From contig CM082587.2 of NCBI GenBank assembly GCA_040954595.2, forward strand, positions 11,613,498 to 11,677,497: 64,000 nucleotides of DNA. The letters run 5' to 3'. Positions 51,101 through 64,000 of the stretch are shown piece by piece. Made by a program: the position numbers and the translations under genes. The notes below the pieces were generated by a model. The model worked only from the letters and a program-made list of their open reading frames with translations, was not told the origin of the DNA and did no database searches. Position 1 is the first letter of the stretch. The number at the start of each line of letters is the position of its first letter. The stretch comes from Balanoglossus misakiensis. Lineage: Eukaryota > Animalia > Hemichordata.

Positions 51101-54100
51101 ATTCCCGTTCATCAACTCAGATTTCCTACAGCATAAGTCGGCTAAAACCCTGACACTCTAGAGCAGAAACAGTTGCACACTGGTAACGTTGAACAAGTCG
51201 ATTTTTCTACGGCCTGGCTCGGCTAAATCTCCGTCACAATATGACAGACACTAGCGTACGTTAGCAACGGTGATCAAGTCAGATTTTCTACGGCATGGGT
51301 TGGATAAAGCCCCGGCACTCTAGAGCAGAAACACGCGTACAGAGACCACGTTGATCAAGTCTGATCTCCTACGGTTTGGCTCGACTAAAACCCCGGCACA
51401 CTATGACAGACACTAGCGTTCGTTAGCAACGTTGATCAAGTCAGATTTCCTACGGCATGGCTTGGCTAAAGCCCTGGCACTCTAGAGCAGAAACACGCGT
51501 ACAGTCACCGCGTTGATCTACTCACATTTCCTTCGGCCTGGCAAGGCTGATGCCCCGGCACTATATATAGGACACAAACTGGCGTAAGTTAACAACGGTA
51601 ATCACGTCGGGTTTCCTACGGCCTGGCTCAGCTGAAGCCCCGGCACTCTAGAGCAGAAACAGGCGTACATTGACCACGTTGATCAAGTCAGATTTCCTAC
51701 GGCGTGACTCGGCTGGTGCACCGGCTCTATATGACACAGACTGGCGTAAGTTATCAATGGTGATTACGTCGGATTTCCTACGGCCTGGTTTAGCTGAAGC
51801 CCCGGCACTTTAGAGCGGAAACACGCGTACATTGACCACGATGATCAAGTCAGATCTCCTACGGCCTGGCTCGACTAAAACCCCGGCACACCATGACAGA
51901 CACTAGCGTTCGTTAGCAACGGTGATCAAGTCGGATTTCCTTCGGCCTGGCTCTGCAAAAGACCCGACACTCTAGTACAAAGACGTTGGCTAAGTTTGGC
52001 AAACCGAAGAAGGAAAGTCGCAGCGGGTCAACACTCGACATTTGTTCCGGTAGGACTGCATTATTGCCTGTCGATTTATAGAGAGAGCCCGAATTTAACC
52101 AGGGCGTTTCAAACACCGACGTTTGTTGGGGGCACGGCCTACAGTACTGCCGGGTAAGCTGACATCGGCGTACCGCATATAATGTAAGGGGGGGGGGGGG
52201 GACAGAACGGTTCAATACTACATTTATTAGATATCAGCTAATTTTGGACAATCATCTAAAATCTAAATCATTTTTTCATATTTGGATATCTGATGATGTA
52301 TGAAATTTCCATTATATGTAAAAATGGTGCTTATTATAAAACATGCACTCTGAATGAACTGATTTAATACAAGATTGCGTTTTATTCGTTTTTGCACCAA
52401 AAAGGTCATTTTTAGGCAAAACATTCTTTATATTTTTAATTCGGTGACCTGATCATATATAAACAATTGCTTGTGTGTTAAAAGTTTTTATGACTTTTAA
52501 AAGCAGTGACACTGGCGGCATTCATCACGAAAATAACAATTTTAGCCACAATTTGGTCAAAATGGTAAATTTTTGAAAATTACAAAAAATACCTGTTTTC
52601 TACATTTTCGGAAATCTGATGGAGTATAGAATGCTCTTCGTATGTATATATCGATACAAATTCCACAAAAGACCGTCTAATTTGGCTCACTGCAGACAAA
52701 ATTGCGTTTTACCAAATTTTCCTTGAAAATGTCATTTTTAGAAAAAAAAATAGAAAAACCTTTGTTCTTCGAATTTGGTGCCCTGATCATATATGACATG
52801 TTGATTGTATGTTAAAACTCTCGACCACTCCAAAAATGCAGAGATATTGACGGAATTCAAGAAAAATAGCCATTTTGGCCATATTTTGACAAAAATGGTA
52901 AATTTTTGAAAAATCATAAAAAATTAACTCTTTTCTTCATTTTCGGAAATATTATGGAGCATGAAGTGTCGTTCTCTTGTAAAAAGTGCTGCAAATTCCA
53001 GAAAAGGCGGTATAATTTGAATCACCCAAGACAAAATTGCAATTTTTCGACTTTTTTTCGAAAAATTGTCTTTTTTACAAAATAAATAAGAATAAATTCT
53101 TTTCTTAGTTTCAAACGGGTAGAGATACTTTCCACACGGGTTTTCTAACATTGAATTCCCGTTCATCAACTCAGATTTCCTACAGCATAAGTCGGCTAAA
53201 ACCCTGACACTCTAGAGCAGAAACAGTTGCACACTGGTAACGTTGAACAAGTCGATTTTTCTACGGCCTGGCTCGGCTAAATCTCCGTCACAATATGACA
53301 GACACTAGCGTACGTTAGCAACGGTGATCAAGTCAGATTTTCTACGGCATGGGTTGGATAAAGCCCCGGCACTCTAGAGCAGAAACACGCGTACAGAGAC
53401 CACGTTGATCAAGTCTGATCTCCTACGGTTTGGCTCGACTAAAACCCCGGCACACTATGACAGACACTAGCGTTCGTTAGCAACGTTGATCAAGTCAGAT
53501 TTCCTACGGCATGGCTTGGCTAAAGCCCTGGCACTCTAGAGCAGAAACACGCGTACAGTCACCGCGTTGATCTACTCACATTTCCTTCGGCCTGGCAAGG
53601 CTGATGCCCCGGCACTATATATAGGACACAAACTGGCGTAAGTTAACAACGGTAATCACGTCGGGTTTCCTACGGCCTGGCTCAGCTGAAGCCCCGGCAC
53701 TCTAGAGCAGAAACAGGCGTACATTGACCACGTTGATCAAGTCAGATTTCCTACGGCGTGACTCGGCTGGTGCACCGGCTCTATATGACACAGACTGGCG
53801 TAAGTTATCAACGGTGATTACGTCGGATTTCCTACGGCCTGGTTTAGCTGAAGCCCCGGCACTTTAGAGCGGAAACACGCGTACATTGACCACGATGATC
53901 AAGTCCGATCTCCTACGGCCTGGCTCGACTAAAACCCCGGCACACCATGACAGACACTAGCGTTCGTTAGCAACGGTGATCAAGTCGGATTTCCTTCGGC
54001 CTGGCTCTGCAAAAGACCCGACACTCTAGTACAAAGACGTTGGCTAAGTTGGGCAAACCGAAGAAGGAAAGTCGCAGCGGGTCAACACTCGACATTTGTT

Positions 54101-57100
54101 CCGGTAGGACTGCATTATTGCCTGTCGATTTATAGAGAGAGCCCGAATTTAACCAGGGCGTTTCAAACACCGACGTTTGTTGGGGGCACGGCCTACAGTA
54201 CTGCCGGGTAAGCTGACATCGGCGTACCGCATATAATGTAAGGGGGGGGGGACAGAACGGTTCAATACTACATTTATTAGATATCAGCTAATTTTGGACA
54301 ATCATCTAAAATCTAAATCATTTTTTCATATTTGGATATCTGATGATGTATGAAATTTCCATTATATGTAAAAATGGTGCTTATTATAAAACATGCACTC
54401 TGAATGAACTGATTTAATACAAGATTGCGTTTTATTCGTTTTTGCACCAAAAAGGTCATTTTTAGGCAAAACATTCTTTATATTTTTAATTCGGTGACCT
54501 GATCATATATAAACAATTGCTTGTGTGTTAAAAGTTTTTATGACTTTTAAAAGCAGTGACACTGGCGGCATTCATCACGAAAATAACAATTTTAGCCACA
54601 ATTTGGTCAAAATGGTAAATTTTTGAAAATTACAAAAAATACCTGTTTTCTACATTTTCGGAAATCTGATGGAGTATAGAATGCTCTTCGTATGTATATA
54701 TCGATACAAATTCCACAAAAGACCGTCTAATTTGGCTCACTGCAGACAAAATTGCGTTTTACCAAATTTTCCTTGAAAATGTCATTTTTAGAAAAAAAAA
54801 TAGAAAAACCTTTGTTCTTCGAATTTGGTGCCCTGATCATATATGACATGTTGATTGTATGTTAAAACTCTCGACCACTCCAAAAATGCAGAGATATTGA
54901 CGGAATTCAAGAAAAATAGCCATTTTGGCCATATTTTGACAAAAATGGTAAATTTTTGAAAAATCATAAAAAATTAACTCTTTTCTTCATTTTCGGAAAT
55001 ATTATGGAGCATGAAGTGTCGTTCTCTTGTAAAAAGTGCTGCAAATTCCAGAAAAGGCGGTATAATTTGAATCACCCAAGACAAAATTGCAATTTTTCGA
55101 CTTTTTTTCGAAAAATTGTCTTTTTTACAAAATAAATAAGAATAAATTCTTTTCTTAGTTTCAAACGGGTAGAGATACTTTCCACATGGGTTTTCTAACA
55201 TTGAATTCCCGTTCATCAACTCAGATTTCCTACAGCATAAGTCGGCTAAAACCCTGACACTCTAGAGCAGAAACAGTTGCACACTGGTAACGTTGAACAA
55301 GTCGATTTTTCTACGGCCTGGCTCGGCTAAATCTCCGTCACAATATGACAGACACTAGCGTACGTTAGCAACGGTGATCAAGTCAGATTTTCTACGGCAT
55401 GGCTTGGATAAAGCCCCGGCACTCTAGAGCAGAAACACGCGTACAGAGACCACGTTGATCAAGTCTGATCTCCTACGGCTTGGCTCGACTAAAACCCCGG
55501 CACACTATGACAGACATTAGCGTTCGTTAGCAACGTTGATCAAGTCAGATTTCCTACGGCATGGCTTGGCTAAAGCCCTGGCACTCTAGAGCAGAAACAC
55601 GCGTACAGAGACCACGTTGATCTACTCACATTTCCTTCGGCCTGGCACGGCTGATGCCCCGGCACTATATATAGGACACAAACTGGCGTAAGTTAACAAC
55701 GGTAATCACGTCGGGTTTCCCACGGCCTGGCTCAGCTGAATCCCCGGCACTCTAGAGCAGAAACAGGCGTACATTGACCACGTTGATCAAGTAAGATTTC
55801 CTACGGCGTGACTCGGCTGGTGCACCGGCTCTATATGACACAGACTGGCGTAAGTTATCAACGGTGATTACGTCGGATTTCCTACGGCCTGGTGTAGCTG
55901 AAGCCCCGGCCCTTTAGAGCGGAAACACGCGTACATTGACCACGATAATCAAGTCAGATCTCCTACGGCCTGGCTCGACTAAAACCCCGGCACACCATGA
56001 CAGACACTAGCGTTCGTTAGCAACGGTGATCAAGTCGGATTTCCTTCGGCCTGGCTCTGCAAAAGACCCGACACTCTAGTACAAAGACGTTGGCTAAGTC
56101 GGGCAAACCGAACAGGGAAAGTCACAGCGGGTCAACACTCGACATTTGTTCCGGTAGGACTGCATTATTGCCTGTCAATTTATAGAGAAAGCCCGAATTT
56201 AACCAGGGCGTTTCAAACACCGACGTTAGTTGGGGGCACGGCCTGCAGTACTGCCGGGTAAGCTGACATCAGCGTACCGCATATAATGTAGGGGGGGGGG
56301 GAACAGAACGGTTCAATGCTACATTTATCAGATATCAGCTAATTTTTGACAATCATCTAAAATGTAAATCATCTTTTCATATTTGGATATCTGATGATGT
56401 ATGAAATTTCCATTATATGTAAAAATGGTGCTGATTATAAAAATGCACTCTGAATGAGCTGATTTAATACAAAATTGCGTTTTATTCGTTTTTGCACCAA
56501 AAAGGTCATTTTTAGTCAAAACATTCTTTATTTTTTTAATTCGGTGACCTTATCATATATAAACAATTACTTGTATGTTAAAAGTTTTTATGACTTTTAA
56601 AAGCAGTGACACTGGCGGCATTCAACACGAAAATAACAATTTTAGCCACAATTCGGTCAAAATGGTAAATTTTTGAAAATTACAAAAAATACCTGTTTTC
56701 TACATTTTCGGAAATCTGATGGAGTATAGAATGCTCTTCGTATGTATATATCGATACAAATTCCACAAAAGACCGTCTAATTTGGCTCACTGCAGACAAA
56801 ATTGCGTTTTACCAAATTTTCCATGAAAATGTCATTTTTAGAAAAAAAAATAAAAAACCTTTGTTCTTCGAATTTAGTGCCTGATCATATATGACATGTT
56901 GATTGTATGTTAAAACTTTCGACCACTCCAAAAATGCTGAGATATTGACGGAATTCAAGAAAAAATAGCCATTTTGGCCATATTTTGACAAAAATGGTAA
57001 ATTTTTAAAAAATCATAAAAAATTAACTCTTTTCTTCATTTTCGGAAATATTATAGAGCATGAAGTGTCGTTCTCTTGTAAAAAGTGCTGCAAATTCCAG

Positions 57101-60100
57101 AAAAGGCGGTATAATTTGAATCACCCAAGACAAAATTACCATTTTCGACTTTTTTTCGAAATATTGTTTTTTTACAAAATAAATAAGAATAAATTCTTTT
57201 CTTAGTTCCAAACGGGTAGAGATACTTTCCACACGGATTTCTAACATTGAATTCCCGTTCATCAACTCAGATTTCCTACAAGTCGGCTAAAACCCTGACA
57301 CTCTAGAACAGAAACAGTTGCACACTGGTAACGTTGAACAAGTCGATTTTTCTACGGCCTGGCTCGGCTAAATCTCCGTCACAATATGACAGACACTAGC
57401 GTACGTTAGCAACGGTGATCAAGTCAGATTTTCTACGGCATGGCTTGGATAAAGCCCCGGCACTCCAGAGCAGAAACACGCGTACAGAGACCACGTTGAT
57501 CAAGTCTGATCTCCTACGGCTTTGTTCGACTAAAACCCCGGCACACTATGACAGACACTAGCGTTCGTTAGCAACGTTGATCAAGTCAGATTTTCTACGG
57601 CATGGCTTGGCTAAAGCCCTGGCACTCTAGAGCAGAAACACGCGTACAGAGACCACGTTGATCTACTCACATTTCCTTCGGCCTGGCACGGCTGATGCCC
57701 CGGCACTATATATAGGACACAAACTGGCGTAAGTTAACAACGGTAATCACGTCGGGTTTCCTACGGCCTGGCTCAGCTGAAGCCCCGGCTCTCTAGAGCA
57801 GAAACAGGCGTACATTGACCACGTTGATCAAGTAAGATTTCCTACGGCGTGACTCGGCTGGTACACCGGCTCTATATGACACAGACTGGCGTAAGTTATC
57901 AACGGTGATTACGTCGGATTTCCTACGGCCTGGTTTAGCTGAAGCCCCGGCACTTTAGAGCGGAAACACGCGTACATTGACCACGATGATCAAGTCAGAT
58001 CTCCTACGGCCTGGCTCGACTAAAACTCCGGCACACCATGACAGACACTAGCGTTCGTTAGCAACGGTGATCAAGTCGGATTTCCTTCGGCCTGGCTCTG
58101 CAAAAGACCCGACACTCTAGTACAAAGACGTTGGCTAAGTCGGGCAAACCGAAGAGGGAAAGTCACAGCGGGTCAACACTCGACATTTGTTCCGGTAGGA
58201 CTACATTATTGCCTGTCAATTTATAGAGAAAGCCCGAATTTAACCAGGGCGTTTCAAACACCGACGTTAGTTGTGGGCACGGCCTGCAGTACTGATGGGT
58301 AAGCTGACATCGGCGTACCGCATGTAATGTAGGGGGGGGGGACAGAACGGTTCAATACTACATTTATTAGATATCAGCTAATTTTGGACAATCATCTAAA
58401 ATGTAAATCATCTTTTCATATTTGGATATCTGATGATGTATGAAATTTCCAATATATGTAAAAATGGTGCTGATTATAAAAAATGCACTCTGAATGAGCT
58501 GATTTAATACAAAATTGCGTTTTATTCGTTTTTGCACCAAAAAGGTCATTTTTAGGCAAAACATTCTTTATTTTTTTAATTCGGTGACCTGATCATATAT
58601 AAGCAATTGCTTGCATGTTAAAAGTTTTTATGACTTTTAAAAGCAGTGACACTGGCGGCATTCAACACGAAAATAACAATTTTAACCACAATTTGGTCAA
58701 AATGGTAAATTTTTGAAAATTACAAAAAATACCTGTTTTCTACATTTTCGGAAATCTGATGGAGTATAGAATGCTCTTCGTATATATATATCGATACAAA
58801 TTCCACAAAAGACCGTCTAATTTGTCTCACTGCAGACAAAATTGCGTTTTACCAAATTTTCCTTGAAAATGTCATTTTTAGAAAAAAAAATAAAAGACCT
58901 TTGTTCTTCGAATTTAGTGCCTGATCATATATGACATGTTGATTGTATGTTAAAACTTTCGACCACTCCAAAAATGCTGAGATATTGACGGAATTCAAGA
59001 AAAAATAGCCATTTTGGCCATATTTTGACAAAAATGGTAAATTTTTAAAAAATCATAAAAAATTAACTCTTTTCTTCATTTTCGAAAATATTATAGAGCA
59101 TGAAGTGTCGTTCTCTTGTAAAAAGTGCTGCAAATTCCAGAAAAGGCGGTATAATTTGAATCACCCAAGACAAAATTACCATTTTCGACTTTTTTTCGAA
59201 ATATTGTTTTTTTACAAAATAAATAAGAATAAATTCTTTTCTTAGTTCCAAACGGGTAGAGATACTTTCCACACGGATTTCTAACATTGAATTCCCGTTC
59301 ATCAACTCAGATTTCCTACAAGTCGGCTAAAACCCTGACACTCTAGAACAGAAACAGTTGCACACTGGCAACGTTGAACAAGTCGATTTTTCTACGGCCT
59401 GGCTCGGCTAAATCTCCGTCACAATATGACAGACACTAGCGTAGGTTAGCAACGGTGATCAAGTCAGATTTTCTACGGCATGGCTTGGATAAAGCCCCGG
59501 CACTCCAGAGCAGAAACACGCGTACAGAGACCACGTTGATCAAGTCTGATCTCCTACGGCTTGGTTCGACTAAAACCCCGGCACACTATGACAGACACTA
59601 GCGTTCGTTAGCAACGGTGATCAAGTCAGATTTTCTACGGCCTGGCTCGGCTAAATCTCCGTCACAATATGACAGACACTAGCGTAGGTTAGCAACGGTG
59701 ATCAAGTCAGATTTTCTACGGCATGGCTTGGATAAAGCCCCGGCACTCCAGAGCAGAAACACGCGTACGGAGACCACGTTGATCAAGTCAGATTTCCTAC
59801 GGCGTGATTCGGCTGGTGCACCGGCTCTATATGACACAGACTGGCGTAAGTTATCAACGGTGATTACGTCGGATTTCCTACGGCATGGTTTAGCTGAAGC
59901 CCCGGCACTTTAGAGCGGAAACACGCGTACATTGACCACGATGATCAAGTCAGATCTCCTACGGCCTGGCTCTTCTAAAACCCCGGCACACCATGACAGA
60001 CACTAGCGTTCGTTAGCAACGGTGATCAAGTCGGATTTCCTTCGGCCTGGCTCTGCAAAAGACCCGGCACATTAGTACAAAGACGTTGGCTAAGTCGGGC

Positions 60101-62954
60101 AAACCGAAGAGGGAAAGTCACAGCGGGTCAACACTCGACATTTGTTCGGGTAGGACTGCATTATTGCCTGTCAATTTATAGAGAAAGCCCGAATTTAACC
60201 AGGGCGTTTCAAACACCGACGTTATTTGGGGGCACGGCCTGCAGTACTGCCGGGTAAGCTGACATCGGCGTACCGCATATAATGTAGGGGGGGGACAGAA
60301 CGGTTCAATACTACATTTATTAGATATCAGCTAATTTTGGACAATCATCTAAAATCTAAATCATTTTTTCATATTTGGATATCTGATGATGTATGAAATT
60401 TCCAATATATGTAAAAATGGTGCTGATTATAAAAAATGCACTCTGAATGAGCTGATTTAATACAAAATTCCGTTTTATTCGTTTTTGCACCAAAAAGGTC
60501 ATTTTTAGGCAAAACATTCTTTATTTTTTTAATTCGGTGGCCTGATCATATATAAGCAATTGCTTGCATGTTAAAAGTTTTTATGACTTTTAAAAGCAGT
60601 GACACTGGCGGCATTCAACACGAAAATAACAATTTTAACCACAATTTGGTCAAAATGGTAAATTTTTGAAAATTACAAAAAATACCTGTTTTCTACATTT
60701 TCGGAAATCTGATGGAGTATAGAATGCTCTTCGTATATATATATCGATACAAATTCCACAAAAGACCGTCTAATTTGGCTCACTGCAGACAAAATTGCGT
60801 TTTACCAAATTTTCCTTGAAAATGTCATTTTTAGAAAAATAAAATAAAAAAACCTTCGTTCTTCGAATTTGGTGCCCTGATCATATATGACATGTTGATT
60901 GTATGTTAAAACCTTCGACCACTCCAAAAATGCAGAGATATTGACGGAATTCAAGATAAAATAGCCATTTTGGCCATATTTTGACAAAATGGTACATTTT
61001 TGAAAAATCATAAAAAATTAACTCTTTTCTTCATTTTCGGAAATATTATGGAGCATGAAGTGTCGTTCTCTTGTAAAAAGTGCTGCAAATTCCAGAAAAG
61101 GCGGTATAATTTGAATCACCCAAGACAAAATTGCAATTTTTCGACTTTTTTTCGAAAAATTGTCTTTTTTACAAAATAAATAAGAATAAATTCTTTTCTT
61201 AGTTTCAAACGGGTAGAGATACTTTCCACACGGGTTTTCTAACATTGAATTCCCGTTCATCAACTCAGATTTCCTACAGCATAAGTCGGCTAAAACCCTG
61301 ACACTCTAGAGCAGAAACAGTTGCACACTGGTAACGTTGAACAAGTCGATTTTTCTACGGCCTGGCTCGGCTAAATCTCCGTCACAATATGACAGACACT
61401 AGCGTACGTTAGCAACGGTGATCAAGTCAGATTTTCTACGGCATGGGTTGGATAAAGCCCCGGCACTCTAGAGCAGAAACACGCGTACAGAGACCACGTT
61501 GATCAAGTCTGATCTCCTACGGCTTGGCTCGACTAAAACCCCGGCACACTATGGCAGACACTAGCGTTCGTTAGCAACGTTGATCAAGTCAGATTTCCTA
61601 CGGCATGGCTTGGCTAAAGCCCTGGCACTCTAGAGCAGAAACACGCGTACAGAGACCACGTTGATCTACGCACATTTCCTTCGGCCTGGCACGGCTGATG
61701 CCCCGGCACTATATATAGGACACAAACTGGCGTAAGTTAACAACGGTAATCACGTCGGGTTTCCTACGGCCTGGCTCAGCTGAAGCCCCGGCACTCTAGA
61801 GCAGAAACAGGCGTACATTGACCACGTTGATCAAGTCAGATTTCCTACGGCGTGACTCGGCTGGTGCACCGGCTCTATATGACACAGACTGGCGTAAGTT
61901 ATCAACGGTGATTACGTCGGATTTCCTACGGCCTGGTTTAGCTGAAGCCCCGGCACTTTAGAGCGGAAACACGCGTACATTGACCACGATGATCAAGTCC
62001 GATCTCCTACGGCCTGGCTCGACTAAAACCCCGGCACACCATGACAGACACTAGCGTTCGTTAGCAACGGTGATCAAGTCGGATTTCCTTCGGCCTGGCT
62101 CTGCAAAAGACCCGACACTCTAGTACAAAGACGTTGGCTAAGTTGGGCAAACCGAAGAGGGAAAGTCGCAGCGGGTCAACACTCGACATTTGTTCCGGTA
62201 GGACTGCATTATTGCCTGTCGATTTATAGAGAGAGCCCGAATTTAACCAAGGCGTTTCAAACACCGACGTTTGTTGGGGGCAAGGCCTACAGTACTGCCG
62301 GGTAAGCTGACATCGGCGTACCGCATATAATGTAAGGGGGGGGGACAGAACGGTTCAATACTACATTTATTAGATATCAGCTAATTTTGGACAATCATCT
62401 AAAATCTAAATCATTTTTTCATATTTGGATATCTGATGATGTATGAAATTTCCATTATATGTAAAAATGGTGCTTATTATAAAACATGCACTCTGAATGA
62501 ACTGATTTAATACAAGATTGCGTTTTATTCGTTTTTGCACCAAAAAGGTCATTTTTAGGCAAAACATTCTTTATATTTTTAATTCGGTGACCTGATCATA
62601 TATAAACAATTGCTTGTGTGTTAAAAGTTTTTATGGCTTTTAAAAGCAGTGACACTGGCGGCATTCATCACGAAAATAACAATTTTAGCCACAATTTGGT
62701 CAAAATGGTAAATTTTTGAAAATTACAAAAAATACCTGTTTTCTACACTTTCGGAAATCTGATGGAGTATAGAATGCTCTTCGTATGTATATATCGATAC
62801 AAATTCCACAAAAGACCGTCTAATTTGGCTCACTGCAGACAAAATTGCGTTTTACCAAATTTTCCTTGAAAATGTCATTTTTAGAAAAAAAAATAAAAAA
62901 ACCTTTATTCTTCGAATTTGGTGCCCTGATCATATATGACATGTTGATTGTATG

Positions 62955-64000
62955 CCAGGCCGAAGGAAATCCGACTTGATCACCGTTGCTAACGAACGCT
63001 AGTGTCTGTCATGGTGTGCCGGGGTTTTAGTCGAGCCAGGCCGTAGGAGATCTGACTTGATCATCGTGGTCAATGTACACGTGTTTCCGCTCTAAAGTGC
63101 CGGGGCTTCAGCTAAACCAGGCCGTAGGAAATCCGACGTAATCACCGTTGATAACTTACGCCAGTCTGTGTCATATAGAGCCGGTGCACCAGCCGAGTCA
63201 CGCCGTAGGAAATCTGACTTGATCAACGTGGTCAATGTACGCCTGTTTCTGCTCTAGAGTGCCAGGGCTTTAGCCAAGCCATGCCGTAGGAAATCTGACT
63301 TGATCAACGTTGCTAACGAACGCTAGTGTCTGTCATAGTGTGCCGGGGTTTTAGTCGAGCCAAGCCGTAGGAGATCAGACTTGATCAACGTGGTCTCTGT
63401 ACGCGTGTTTCTGCTCTAGAGTGCCGGGGCTTTATCCAAGCCATGCCGTAGAAAATCTGACTTGATCACCGTTGCTAACGTACGCTAGTGTCTGTCATAT
63501 TGTGACGGAGATTTAGCCGAGCCAGGCCGTAGAAAAATCGACTTGTTCAACGTTACCAGTGTGCAACTGTTTCTGCTCTAGAGTGTCAGGGTTTTAGCCG
63601 ACTTATGCTGTAGGAAATCTGAGTTGATGAACGGGAATTCAATGTTAGAAAACCCGTGTGGAAAGTATCTCTACCCGTTTGAAACTAAGAAAAGAATTTA
63701 TTCTTATTTATTTTGTAAAAAAGACAATTTTTCGAAAAAAAGTCGAAAAATTGCAATTTTGTCTTGGGTGATTCAAATTATACCGCCTTTTCTGGAATTT
63801 GCAGCACTTTTTACAAGAGAACGACACTTCATGCTCCATAATATTTCCGAAAATGAAGAAAAGAGTTAATTTTTTATGATTTTTCAAAAATTTACCATTT
63901 TTGTCAAAATATGGCCAAAATGGCTATTTTTCTTGAATTCCGTCAATATCTCTGCATTTTTGGAGTGGTCGAGAGTTTTAACATACAATCAACATGTCAT
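62955..64000 (-). repeat. Macrosatellite in inverted orientation (runs off the window end)
   Basis: After ...GATTGTATG the sequence becomes the reverse complement of the 81-bp block and then of the AT block. The 81-aa spurious ORF seen on minus elsewhere appears on plus (63624-63869). Confidence 0.95.

Larger units (their letters stand above)
17581..62954 (+). repeat. Composite ~2.05-kb macrosatellite array, main block (about 22 units, ~1.9-2.5 kb each)
   Basis: Unit starts at about 19285, 21289, 23621, 25991, 27948, 30484, 32376, 34431, 36643, 38697, 40853, 42744, 44960, 47010, 49060, 51115, 53168, 55219, 57265, 59305 and 61263. Confidence 0.97.

Noticed and set aside
1059-63869. Dozens of recurring 60-130 aa ORFs in the satellite (MESISTRLKLRK..., MMNGNSMLENP..., MNRSVPPPP...)
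   Set aside because: They recur only because the DNA repeats. Frames change with homopolymer length, many start at non-ATG codons, and they show no recognisable domain.

Overview
Eukaryotic, probably animal, repetitive DNA with no host genes or recognisable RNA genes. About 89% of the window is a composite tandem macrosatellite with a ~2.05-kb unit (27 poly-G-marked forward copies plus partial ones). Each unit has ~11 GC/CpG-rich 81-bp monomers alternating as two types (162-bp dimer), a ~200-bp single-copy segment ending in a poly-G tract set inside nested inverted repeats, and a ~930-bp AT-rich block made of ~2.7 degenerate ~330-bp repeats. A full-length Tx1/L1-clade non-LTR retrotransposon interrupts the array (10781-17580, minus strand, 13-bp TSD, poly-A tail). 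Its ORF1 is split by a nested 1764-bp TIR element with a 9-bp TSD, and removing that element restores the ORF in frame. Its ORF2 (APE endonuclease + RT) has a 1-bp frameshift. A 187-bp 5'-truncated L2-type LINE sits at 39003-39189, on the same strand and at almost the same register of the 81-bp monomer as the Tx1 element. The array switches orientation at 62954/62955. The many short ORFs in the satellite are treated as non-coding.
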